Notes under the pieces: generated by a model
What the model was told of the DNA's origin: nothing
What the model saw: the letters and a program-made list of their open reading frames with translations, nothing else
Databases searched by the model: none
Assembly (NCBI GenBank): GCA_964561495.1
Contig: CAZLPW010000003.1
Coordinates: forward strand, 13,258-77,257
Reading direction: 5' to 3'
DNA: 64,000 bases
Source of the DNA: an uncultured bacterium
Lineage (GTDB): Bacteria; Fidelibacterota; Marinisomatia; Marinisomatales; UBA1611
Translations under genes and position numbers: made by a program
Shown here: piece by piece, positions 18,439-27,435 of the stretch
Position numbering within the stretch: the stretch's first letter is position 1
How the letters are laid out: every line of letters begins with the position of its first letter

Positions 18439-20055
18439 ATGTACGCTCTAACATATTTTACCTTATCTTTTGGATTAACTCTTTGGTTTTCCCATTTTTT
18501 ATTAAGGTATGTAGATCCTTCTTTTTTTATAGATAAACAATCCTCATCGAAGTTACATCAAAAACCAAGATCTCGATATGGTGGTATAGCATTTGGAATT
18601 GTTTCTATTGTATTAGCAGCCTTATCGATCAATAATGCAGGTGACTATAATTGGTATCTAATGGCTGGTATTTTTATTATTCTTCTAGGCGCTATAGATG
18701 ATCATTTTTCAATCTCCTGGTGGCTAAAACTACTGGTTCAAATTTTTATTGGGCTAATGATAATTGTTCATTTCTTTCCTGAAATCAATAAGTTTACTTT
18801 TTTAGGGACTATTGAAATTTTTGATAAAAATTATATAATTCCATTTTTTTTATTTTGGTTTTTAGGAATTACTAATTCTATTAATCTTATAGATGGACTA
18901 GATGGATTAGCTGGTGGAGTTACCATTATTATTGCATTTTTTTGCTCTGTTTTAGGTTACTTTGTTGGTGGACCTGCATTTATGCATTTAAACATAATAA
19001 TCAGTGCCTCATTGCTAGCTTTTTTGCATTTTAACCTACAACCTTCAAGATTTTTTATGGGCGATAGTGGGAGTCTATTTTTAGGTTTTCATTTAGCTGT
19101 TATGCCTATAATGATGTTTTGTTCTAAAGGGAAAATTGCTGGGGATATTAATTTTACACCATTTATTCTCATGAATTCATTTTTAATAATTGATACTTCA
19201 AGGGTTTTTTTTGAGAGATTACGTTTAGGAGAGAATCCATTCCTAGCTGATAAAACACATTTTCATTATTTACTTTATCAAAAATCAAAATCTCACAATA
19301 TTACATTATTAGTAATATTTATTTTGAATATAATCGCATCCATAATATCTATCTTTGCAACCCTTTTTGATTTTGTTTCTTTTTATTTTATCGTTATATA
19401 TCTAGGGATCACAGTTGTTTTTATTTTTTCAACTAGATTAATAAAAGGATTAATTGATAAAATTAGATTTCAAAAAATAAAAATTAAATCTAACGAACAA
19501 CTTCCAGTTTTAGAGGATACTATATTTAGGCTTCATTATTTATCTTATGTATTGGTGCTGTATTTTGTAATACTATTTTTTTCAAAGTATAATCAGATTT
19601 TAGTTTTACCTAGCTATCAAAGTGCTGTTTTGGGATTTATTTTAATTTCAATTTTTCTTTTGGTAAAATTTTTTAAAAATATTTACCATCGACCAGATGC
19701 AATTTTAATTATGATTGCATCCTTGCAATTGTTTTTTATTATTCCTGAACAAATAATAGCTTCTGTTAATAAAAATATCCTTGATTTAATATATTCCTGG
19801 GTTCGGTTTGGATCATTGGCTGCTTCTGCGATAATTTTTCTTGATAATGTTTTTTTAAAAGATAAAAAAATCGTAAATAATTTTTTGTCTTTTTCAGATG
19901 TATTGTTTTTTATGGTATTGATTGGGTTTTTAGCGCTTCAAAAATTTGAGATTAGGCAAATATTTACAGTTATAGTTGAAATTTCTATAATATATTTGGC
20001 AAATAAATTATTTTTTATTTCTTTATCACCAAATTTTCAAAAGAAAATAAGATGA
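18439..20055 (+). CDS. Polyprenyl-phosphate N-acetylhexosamine-1-phosphate transferase (WecA/MraY family, GT4 PNPT) with a long extra C-terminal membrane region
   Basis: The motifs IDDHF, NSINLIDGLDGLAGG and FMGDSGSLFLGF are present. About 200 additional hydrophobic residues follow the catalytic core. Confidence 0.8.
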   Translation: MYALTYFTLSFGLTLWFSHFLLRYVDPSFFIDKQSSSKLHQKPRSRYGGIAFGIVSIVLAALSINNAGDYNWYLMAGIFIILLGAIDDHFSISWWLKLLVQIFIGLMIIVHFFPEINKFTFLGTIEIFDKNYIIPFFLFWFLGITNSINLIDGLDGLAGGVTIIIAFFCSVLGYFVGGPAFMHLNIIISASLLAFLHFNLQPSRFFMGDSGSLFLGFHLAVMPIMMFCSKGKIAGDINFTPFILMNSFLIIDTSRVFFERLRLGENPFLADKTHFHYLLYQKSKSHNITLLVIFILNIIASIISIFATLFDFVSFYFIVIYLGITVVFIFSTRLIKGLIDKIRFQKIKIKSNEQLPVLEDTIFRLHYLSYVLVLYFVILFFSKYNQILVLPSYQSAVLGFILISIFLLVKFFKNIYHRPDAILIMIASLQLFFIIPEQIIASVNKNILDLIYSWVRFGSLAASAIIFLDNVFLKDKKIVNNFLSFSDVLFFMVLIGFLALQKFEIRQIFTVIVEISIIYLANKLFFISLSPNFQKKIR

Positions 20056-20062
20056 TGCGAAT

Positions 20063-21202
20063 ATGAAAATCATATCGGTAGTTGGCGCGAGACCAAACCT
20101 AATGAAAATAGCGCCATTCATTAATGCTATTAATGTGTATAATGAAAAATTTAAACCACTAGTTAATCATTATTTAGTCCATACAGGACAACATTATGAT
20201 ACTGATATGTCTGATATTTTTTTTAAACAGCTAAGTATATCTACGGCTGATAAATATCTTAAAATTGGCTCTGGAAGCCATGCTCAGCAGGTCGGTAAAA
20301 CAATGATTGAGTTTGAAAAAGTTCTTGAAATTGAAAAGCCAGATTGGGTGGTGGTTGTTGGTGATGTAAATGCAACCTTAGCATGCTCTGTAACTACTAA
20401 AAAACAAAAAATCAAATTATGTCATATAGAGGCAGGGCTTCGATCTAATGATATAACTATGCCAGAAGAAATAAATAGAATAGTCACTGATAGTCTGTCA
20501 GATTTATTGCTTGCACCAGATAAGTTTTCTTTTAATAATCTAATCAAAGAAGGTAAAAATGAAAATAATGTTAAGATGATTGGAAATATTATGATAGATA
20601 CTTTTGAAAAAAATAGATCCTATGCAATAAAAATGGATTTAGAGACTATAATAAAAAAAAATACTATAAAAAATAAAACCCTATTTAATGATGAATACGT
20701 TTTGCTAACTCTTCATAGACCTTCCAATGTGGATAATGAAAGTAAACTTTGTAAAATTGTTGATTTTTTAACTAATAAGGTTACAACTCAATTCCCTGTT
20801 ATTTGGCCAGTACATCCTAGAACTAAGAAACAGCTAGAGAGGTTTCATATTTGGGAAAACCTTATCAGGGATAATAGTATAATAATTTTAAAACCTATAG
20901 GTTATTTTGAAATGATTAAGCTAAACATGGAAGCAAAAATTGTATTGACAGATAGTGGTGGACTTCAGGAAGAATCTTGTGTCATTGGGACTCCTTGCCT
21001 TAGTCTAAGGAGTAATACAGAGAGGCCAATAACTCTTATACAAAATGGTGGCACGGTCAATTTAGTGGATGAAGAATTAAAAAATTTAAATCGTATTTAT
21101 AAAAATTTACTTATCAAGGGGAAAAATCCAAGTATACCTGAAAAATGGGATGGTAAGACGGCTGAAAGATGCTTAAGTGAAATATTAAAATTCTCAATAT
21201 AG
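20063..21202 (+). CDS. wecB: UDP-N-acetylglucosamine 2-epimerase (non-hydrolysing)
   Basis: The motifs VVGARPNLMKIAP, HTGQHYD, VVVGDVNATLA, HIEAGLRS and TDSGGLQEE are present. Confidence 0.85.
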   Translation: MKIISVVGARPNLMKIAPFINAINVYNEKFKPLVNHYLVHTGQHYDTDMSDIFFKQLSISTADKYLKIGSGSHAQQVGKTMIEFEKVLEIEKPDWVVVVGDVNATLACSVTTKKQKIKLCHIEAGLRSNDITMPEEINRIVTDSLSDLLLAPDKFSFNNLIKEGKNENNVKMIGNIMIDTFEKNRSYAIKMDLETIIKKNTIKNKTLFNDEYVLLTLHRPSNVDNESKLCKIVDFLTNKVTTQFPVIWPVHPRTKKQLERFHIWENLIRDNSIIILKPIGYFEMIKLNMEAKIVLTDSGGLQEESCVIGTPCLSLRSNTERPITLIQNGGTVNLVDEELKNLNRIYKNLLIKGKNPSIPEKWDGKTAERCLSEILKFSI

Positions 21203-21245
21203 TATACAATTTTTGTGATGTTTCTTTATTCTTAGTATTAAGTTT

Positions 21246-21824
21246 ATGATTATGATTAAGAAGTTATTAAATATTTTACTTATTCTAGGTTTCGTTTATG
21301 CGCAAAGTGAGATAGCATATAAGATTGATACTAACAAAAGTCAGCTATTATGGCGAGCTGAGCAATTAACAGGTAATCATTGGGGTTATATTTCAATAAA
21401 AAGTGGTAACGTAATTTTTAATGCAAATGGTCAATTAGAGGCAGGCAGTGTAATAATAGATATGAATACAATCACAATTGAGGATGATACATGGAAAGAA
21501 AAACTGAAGCAGCATCTTGAGTCTGATGATTTTTTTTCGGTTAAAAATTTTTCGGAGTCATCATTTAATATAAAAAAAATAACTCCTAAAGCATCTGGCT
21601 TAGAGATAGAAGGGCTGCTAACGATAAAAGGTGTTTCTAATCCCAATATATTTATGGTCAAAGTTAAAAATGTTGATAATGGTTATATAGCTACTGGTAA
21701 AGTAGTTGTTGATCGCACACTTTATGGTATTAAATATAGGTCTGGTAAATATTTTCCAGAGATTGGTAACCGTCTTATATATGATAATTTTACAATCGAA
21801 TTTAATTTAACAACAAAAAGGTAG
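21246..21824 (+). CDS. YceI-like periplasmic polyisoprenoid/lipid-binding protein
   Basis: There is a signal peptide. YKIDTNKSQLLWRA, the region DDFFSVKNF...F and GLLTIKGVSNP are typical of the YceI fold. Confidence 0.75.
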   Translation: MIMIKKLLNILLILGFVYAQSEIAYKIDTNKSQLLWRAEQLTGNHWGYISIKSGNVIFNANGQLEAGSVIIDMNTITIEDDTWKEKLKQHLESDDFFSVKNFSESSFNIKKITPKASGLEIEGLLTIKGVSNPNIFMVKVKNVDNGYIATGKVVVDRTLYGIKYRSGKYFPEIGNRLIYDNFTIEFNLTTKR

Positions 21825-21861
21825 ATCCAATATTCAGCTAATTAGCGATATTTTTAATGTA

Positions 21862-22563
21862 TTGCTTTCCTTGCCTAGCCAGCATGTTATCTATGGTACA
21901 TTAAGTACTGTTTTTTGTATTGCTGGAGCTTGGATATATAGCCATGGATCAGATAGTCTAAAAACTATTTTTCTCGAAACCTCTAGTTGGTTAGTTCTTA
22001 TAAATGAAATATTATTTCAAATAAATATGATTTACTACGGTTCTTGGTCTGTTAAAACATCTCTCCCTTTTGAAATGTGTTATATTTCAGCAATTTTGAT
22101 TCCTGTATACAGTAGAAATAGAAATTCACGTTTATTAAAAAATTGGTTTTATTTTGCTGGTTTTGGAGGATCCTTTTTTGCATTTTTAAATACAAATTTA
22201 TCTGAGATGTCCCAAATATATATATCGATACATTATTTTTTTGCTCATGGCCTTGTAGTATTTGTTATGTTTACAATCGTAATCGATGGTTTTCGCCCTA
22301 AGTGGCTAGATTTTTTTCAAGCTGTAAAATGGACATCTATCCTAGTAGCTATAATGTTTGGTGTTAATATTATTTTTAGTAGTAATTATATGTTTACTTT
22401 CCAAAAACCAGAAGGTGTAAATTTCACTATTTTAATGCCAGAATGGCCGTATTATTTTATTATAATGTTATTGATAGGATTAATTTTTTATTTAATTCTT
22501 ATGCTAATCACCTTTATTCCTTTTTTTAAACAACCCTCTAATGATATTAGTACAAAATATTAA
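21862..22563 (+). CDS. Polytopic integral membrane protein (family uncertain; possibly TIGR02206/YwaF-like)
   Basis: 233 aa with about 7 hydrophobic segments by eye and a TTG start. The family assignment is from weak recollection only. Confidence 0.4.
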   Translation: MLSLPSQHVIYGTLSTVFCIAGAWIYSHGSDSLKTIFLETSSWLVLINEILFQINMIYYGSWSVKTSLPFEMCYISAILIPVYSRNRNSRLLKNWFYFAGFGGSFFAFLNTNLSEMSQIYISIHYFFAHGLVVFVMFTIVIDGFRPKWLDFFQAVKWTSILVAIMFGVNIIFSSNYMFTFQKPEGVNFTILMPEWPYYFIIMLLIGLIFYLILMLITFIPFFKQPSNDISTKY

Positions 22564-22574
22564 ATTATTATTTC

Positions 22575-23093
22575 ATGAATTATTTTAATATTATCAACTT
22601 ATTTGGTTTTCAGATTGGATGGTGGTCCTGTGTTCTTGGTGTAAAAAATGATTTATACTATTTAGGTCCAATAGTTATGGCAATATTTTTATTACTTCAT
22701 TATCTATTTCATCCTGCGAACGTGCTTATTGAATTTAAGTTAATATTAATTTTTTCTTTAATAGGTACTCTTGCAGATAGTATTTTGGCTTTTTCAAATG
22801 TATTAAAATATCATGGTGGATATTTAACCTACTTTGCTCCTCTATGGATTACTGCAATGTGGGCTGGGTTTACTGCGACGATTAATTATTCAATGGGGTG
22901 GTTGAAGCAGAAACTGTTTTTACAAATTATTTCTGGGTTGGTTTTTGGTCCTTTAGCCTATATTACAGGGCAAAAATTTGATGCCATAGTATTCAATATA
23001 TCTTTTATTAACACTTGCATAATTATTGCAATTATTTATGGAATATCATTGCCATTAGTTTACCATTTAAATACACGCATGGGTTTGGATTAG
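22575..23093 (+). CDS. Small integral membrane protein, DUF2878-like
   Basis: 172 aa. The N-terminal FGFQIGWWSCVLG resembles the DUF2878 signature (FQxGWFxCVL). About 5 TM segments are predicted. Confidence 0.45.
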   Translation: MNYFNIINLFGFQIGWWSCVLGVKNDLYYLGPIVMAIFLLLHYLFHPANVLIEFKLILIFSLIGTLADSILAFSNVLKYHGGYLTYFAPLWITAMWAGFTATINYSMGWLKQKLFLQIISGLVFGPLAYITGQKFDAIVFNISFINTCIIIAIIYGISLPLVYHLNTRMGLD

Positions 23094-23096
23094 TTT

Positions 23097-23780
23097 TTGA
23101 AAAATCTTTTATTTTTATTTTCCTTTATTTTAGGTGTTTGTTTTGGAGAAAGTGTTGACTCAAAAAAATTATTAGATAACCTTTATGTTGAAGATGGATG
23201 GGTGGTTAATAATATTCTAGATGATGGGACGAAATTCTATACTAAAAAGATTGAAACCCTGAACCAGATAGCCGTAAAAGTAAGTCAGGTTACCAATATT
23301 ATTCCAAAGTATATAAAAAGCGTTGTCACTGATTTAGATAAATATGGTGAGTTTCTATCAAACTCAAATACGATGAGTTCAACAATTTTATTTTTAGCTG
23401 AAGAATACGTTGATGGATATCAACATATTAGGGTCTCATTACCATTTTTTAGTGATCGTCGTTATTGTTTTAGAATGTTTGATTATGATTTGCCATTAGA
23501 TAGTAGTGGTGCTTTTGTGGAATGGTTCTTATTGGATGAAAATTTAGAATACACAAACTTTTTAAAACAAAACAATCCCGAAGCTATATATATTAGTATA
23601 GGCTCAGGCTCTTGGTCTGCTAAGGTCATAGATACCTCAAGATATGATATTTCTTATCGATTAATTATGGACCCAGGAGGCGCTATCCCAGATTTTCTCA
23701 CACAAAAAATTAATTCTATTAGTATTATTAATTTATTTCGTGACGTTATGTTAGAAGCAAAAAGAAGAGCCAACTTTTAA
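23097..23780 (+). CDS. Secreted START/SRPBCC-like lipid-binding domain protein
   Basis: A signal peptide is followed by a domain of about 200 aa. RYCFRMFDY and the C-terminal DPGGAIPDFLTQKIN resemble START-domain motifs. The start is TTG. Confidence 0.55.
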   Translation: MKNLLFLFSFILGVCFGESVDSKKLLDNLYVEDGWVVNNILDDGTKFYTKKIETLNQIAVKVSQVTNIIPKYIKSVVTDLDKYGEFLSNSNTMSSTILFLAEEYVDGYQHIRVSLPFFSDRRYCFRMFDYDLPLDSSGAFVEWFLLDENLEYTNFLKQNNPEAIYISIGSGSWSAKVIDTSRYDISYRLIMDPGGAIPDFLTQKINSISIINLFRDVMLEAKRRANF

Positions 23781-23843
23781 TATTTTTGAAAAAAATAATA
23801 AATGGCGTTTTTATAACAAAAAATAACCATGAAAGATCGATAG

Positions 23844-24209
23844 GTGATTAAAAAAATATATTTTTTCTTTACTATTTCTAGTTTCATCATAGGTCAGGTG
23901 CTAATCCTAAGTAATAGAAGTGGTGGATTAATTATCATGCTTGGTATATTTTTACCTATAATGGTCAGCTATTTAAATATTGAATTGATAAAGTGGATTC
24001 ACAATAATTATGGTAATCAAGCAACCAATTATTTCAATATATTCCAATTTATAACAAAATCTATATTTATGATATTAATGTCTTATATCGGAATAAAAAT
24101 CTTTAATTTGAATTTTAAAATCTATATTCCAATATTATGTACAGTGTGGTTTGTTTTCCATATTATAGAAGCTTTCTTCACCCAAAACCTACTTAAAAGA
24201 CAAAAATAA
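23844..24209 (+). CDS. Small hydrophobic membrane protein (hypothetical)
   Basis: 121 aa with about 4 hydrophobic segments and a GTG start. No motif was recognised. Confidence 0.45.
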   Translation: MIKKIYFFFTISSFIIGQVLILSNRSGGLIIMLGIFLPIMVSYLNIELIKWIHNNYGNQATNYFNIFQFITKSIFMILMSYIGIKIFNLNFKIYIPILCTVWFVFHIIEAFFTQNLLKRQK

Positions 24210-24373
24210 AAGCCCATAAAGCTTTTTTATTTCAACGAGCTATAATTTCGTATTATCGGGAAAATATAGTTACATGAAATACTAAAAAATAATTTAAGAA
24301 ATAAAATACAATGTAAAACGCTCAAAACGGGTTAAAAGGTTGCGTGCACAACTAAAAATGTCTAATTTTAACG

Positions 24374-24823
24374 ATGTCCAAAGAACAATCATTAAAGTTT
24401 CATATGAATCTTGGAATGCTGATTGAGACTGCCTTTCGTATGATGACAAAAAGATTTGTACATAATGCTTACAAATCTGGTGTCAACATTTCTCTTGACC
24501 AGTGGCAGGTCCTTGGTCCAGTCTGGCAGTTGAAATGTCCTTCCCAAAAAGAATTAGGTGAGGTTTGTCTAAAAAATAAAGCAAGTATTACCAGAACTAT
24601 CGATTCTTTAGAAAAAAAGAGTTTAGTTGTTAGAGTTCCAGATCAAATTGATCATCGTATCAAAAGAGTAGTTCTTACTAATTTAGGTGAGCAACTTTTT
24701 TATGATGTTCTGCCAATAATGGAAAAAACTCGTGAAGAGGTAAGAGGCGATATTAGCGAAGATCAAATAGATACTTTCAAAAAGGTTTTATCTAAAATAA
24801 TTCAAAACTTAGACGTTGATTAA
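24374..24823 (+). CDS. MarR-family transcriptional regulator
   Basis: 149 aa. The winged-helix region reads LDQWQVLGPVW...SQKELGEVCLKNKASITRTIDSLEKKSLVVRVPDQIDHRIKRVVLT. Confidence 0.85.
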   Translation: MSKEQSLKFHMNLGMLIETAFRMMTKRFVHNAYKSGVNISLDQWQVLGPVWQLKCPSQKELGEVCLKNKASITRTIDSLEKKSLVVRVPDQIDHRIKRVVLTNLGEQLFYDVLPIMEKTREEVRGDISEDQIDTFKKVLSKIIQNLDVD

Positions 24824-24824
24824 A

Positions 24825-26300
24825 ATGAAAGACTATTTAAGCCTAATTCTTGTTTTCTTTTTCACTATTACTTTTACAGGTTGTAGTCCGAAAAACAAAA
24901 TTGAAATACAAGATCTAGATTTTAATATACCTACTGAATGGTCTTTTCCAATACATAATAATGTTGAAAGTACTACAGACTGGTGGACTCATTTTAATAA
25001 TTCAAATTTGGATAATTTCTTAAGTGATGTGAAAGATTATAGCCCTGATTTACAAACTCTTTTGCAAAATCAAAAAATTAGTTTAAATAATGCAAAAATT
25101 CTTGGCGCAAATATTTTGCCATCAATTAATGCAAATATAAATAGTTCAGAAAGTGTTCAAAATTTATCAGCATTTGGTTTTGCAGATTCCTTTCTTCCGC
25201 CCACAAATAGTGATACTACTGGTCAGGTTACTAGCACAAGCAGTGAAGTATTATCTTTTGAAAATAAAATATATGGATTGGGAATTAATTATCAATGGGA
25301 AATAGATATATGGGGGCGACTTTTAAATGAGAGGCGAGCTGCAAAAACTGATTATGAGGCTATTCAGCATGACCTTTCATATATGGGTTTTTCTATTCTG
25401 GTTAGAAGTGCAATACTTTATTTTCAAGGTGTTGAGGCAGCAGCCCAAGTTGCACTTTCTCAGGAATCTTATGAGAGTTTGATTGAAATCAGAGATCTTG
25501 TTAAAGAGCGCTATGAAAAAGGTTTAAGATCAAGTTTAGACTATCGCCTTTCTGAAACCTCTGTATCAACTGCAATATTAGAAAATGAAAGTCGAAAAAA
25601 CCAGTTGTCTTATATCAATCGTCAATTGCAAACTATTCTGGGTAAGTATCCATCTGGGAATTTCATAGAAGAAAATAAACTCCCACATAATTTACCAGAC
25701 ATCCCAAGCATTGTCCCTGCCTCTATATTAAAAAATAGGCCCGATATACACAGTCTTTTATTAAAGATCGAGGCTAGCGGATACCGAATTGCTCAAGCAA
25801 AAAGAAATCTTCTTCCAGGTCTCTTCCTAAGTGGTTCAGTAGGGACATCTGCTAAGAATTATGAAGATATCCTTGATGATGATTTTGGGATATGGAACTT
25901 AGGCTTAAGTGTGTCCGCTCCATTGTTTAATGGAAATAGGCTAAGGTCAAATTTAAAGATACAAGAAGCTTCTTTTGAGAAGTCAAAACAGGATTTAAAA
26001 AAGGGATTGCTTCAAGCATTCTCTGAGGTTGAGCAGCTATTGCAGATTGACCAATCACTAGTTAGGCAAATTCAGGCTATACAGTTTGCTGAAGAACAAT
26101 CGAGTGACGCATATAATTTATCAAAAGAGAGATACGATAAGGGAGTTACTACACTAGAGTCTGTTCTCAATAGTCAGAGACAGTACAATTCAATTCGTTC
26201 TCAAAATTTAATTCTTCAGCGTCAATCAATTGAAAACAGGTTGAACCTTTTCTTAGCTATAGGTGGAGGCCTCAACTTTAACCCAATAAAAAATAATTAG
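24825..26300 (+). CDS. Outer-membrane efflux lipoprotein (NodT/TolC family)
   Basis: From the ATG at 24825 the lipobox is FTGCS. Two TolC-like repeats are present, including RPDIHSLLLKIEASGYRIAQAKRNLLP. Confidence 0.85.
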   Translation: MKDYLSLILVFFFTITFTGCSPKNKIEIQDLDFNIPTEWSFPIHNNVESTTDWWTHFNNSNLDNFLSDVKDYSPDLQTLLQNQKISLNNAKILGANILPSINANINSSESVQNLSAFGFADSFLPPTNSDTTGQVTSTSSEVLSFENKIYGLGINYQWEIDIWGRLLNERRAAKTDYEAIQHDLSYMGFSILVRSAILYFQGVEAAAQVALSQESYESLIEIRDLVKERYEKGLRSSLDYRLSETSVSTAILENESRKNQLSYINRQLQTILGKYPSGNFIEENKLPHNLPDIPSIVPASILKNRPDIHSLLLKIEASGYRIAQAKRNLLPGLFLSGSVGTSAKNYEDILDDDFGIWNLGLSVSAPLFNGNRLRSNLKIQEASFEKSKQDLKKGLLQAFSEVEQLLQIDQSLVRQIQAIQFAEEQSSDAYNLSKERYDKGVTTLESVLNSQRQYNSIRSQNLILQRQSIENRLNLFLAIGGGLNFNPIKNN

Positions 26301-26308
26301 GTGAAAAA

Positions 26309-27430
26309 ATGAAAAAATTTCTTGGTCCCATTTTTTTGATAGCCTCATTCATAGTGGCCTTTGCTATGATTATTAATAAGCCTGAAGCGGTAGTAGTAGA
26401 AGCAAAAAAAAATATACCTTTTGTGAAAACAATGTTACTAATACCTCAGAATATAAATGCATTAATTTCCTCTCAAGGTTTTGTCAAACCTAAGTCTGAT
26501 CTAAATCTTATATCTGAATTGAGTGCTAGAGTTGAGTGGGTATCATCAAAAATGGAAAATGGCTCAAGCTTTGATAAAGGTGATACGCTAATAATTTTAG
26601 ATAGAAGAGATTATGAATTAGCCTTGATTACTGCTGAAGCAGATGTTTTAAATGCAAAATTAAACTTGGAAAGGGAAAAGGCTGAATCAGACCTAGCAAG
26701 CAAAGAGTGGAGCAGAGTAGGAGGTGGAGCAGGTTCAGCGTTGGCTCTTCGGAAACCACAACTAGCTCAAGCAAATGCAACGTTAAGTGCTGCTGAAGCA
26801 AATCTTGAGAGGGCAAGAAGAAATTTAAACAGAGCAAATTTTATTGCACCATTTAAGGGAAGAGTTAAATCTAAAAATACTGATGCTGGTTCAACTGTAT
26901 TTCCAGGTACACTTCTTGGGAATATATATGCAATTGACAACTTTGAAATTCAGTTACCTATTGCGGATCAAGATGTGAGTTTTACGGGATTGGAGTTCAA
27001 TGGTCGAGAAATTTCAGCTGAAAAACGATTAGGAGTAAGCTTTAATTTTGGAGGAAAAAACATAATTGGGAAAGTAGTTAGAGCTGAGGCAGAAGTAGAT
27101 CCAAAAACAAGAATGTTATCTGTTGTAGCTACTTTAGGCACTGATACCCGCCCAAAATTAAGTCCAATTCTTGTTGGTCAATATGCTCAAGCTGAGATAA
27201 CAGGTATTGAAGTTAAGGATGTATATGTCATCGCTAGGAACTATATAAGAAATGAATCAATATGGGTAGTCGATAAGGATATGATGTTGATGAACAGGCC
27301 GATTAATGTTTTAAGATATGAAAACGAATTTGCCTTAGTTGATGAAGGTATAGAAAAAGGTGACAGATTATTAACATCACGTCTATCATCATTAATTAAT
27401 GGTCAGAAAGTAACCTTCAGTCTCGAGTAG
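26309..27430 (+). CDS. RND efflux periplasmic adaptor (membrane fusion protein, HlyD family)
   Basis: There is an N-terminal TM anchor and a coiled-coil hairpin region (DYELALITAEADVLNAKLNLEREKAE...LERARRNLNRANFIAPFKGRV). Confidence 0.85.
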   Translation: MKKFLGPIFLIASFIVAFAMIINKPEAVVVEAKKNIPFVKTMLLIPQNINALISSQGFVKPKSDLNLISELSARVEWVSSKMENGSSFDKGDTLIILDRRDYELALITAEADVLNAKLNLEREKAESDLASKEWSRVGGGAGSALALRKPQLAQANATLSAAEANLERARRNLNRANFIAPFKGRVKSKNTDAGSTVFPGTLLGNIYAIDNFEIQLPIADQDVSFTGLEFNGREISAEKRLGVSFNFGGKNIIGKVVRAEAEVDPKTRMLSVVATLGTDTRPKLSPILVGQYAQAEITGIEVKDVYVIARNYIRNESIWVVDKDMMLMNRPINVLRYENEFALVDEGIEKGDRLLTSRLSSLINGQKVTFSLE

Positions 27431-27435
27431 ATAAT

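Noticed and set aside
24210-24235. Possible terminator hairpin AAAGC...GCTTTTTT after the small membrane protein gene.
   Set aside because: The stem is only 4-5 bp. This is not convincing.
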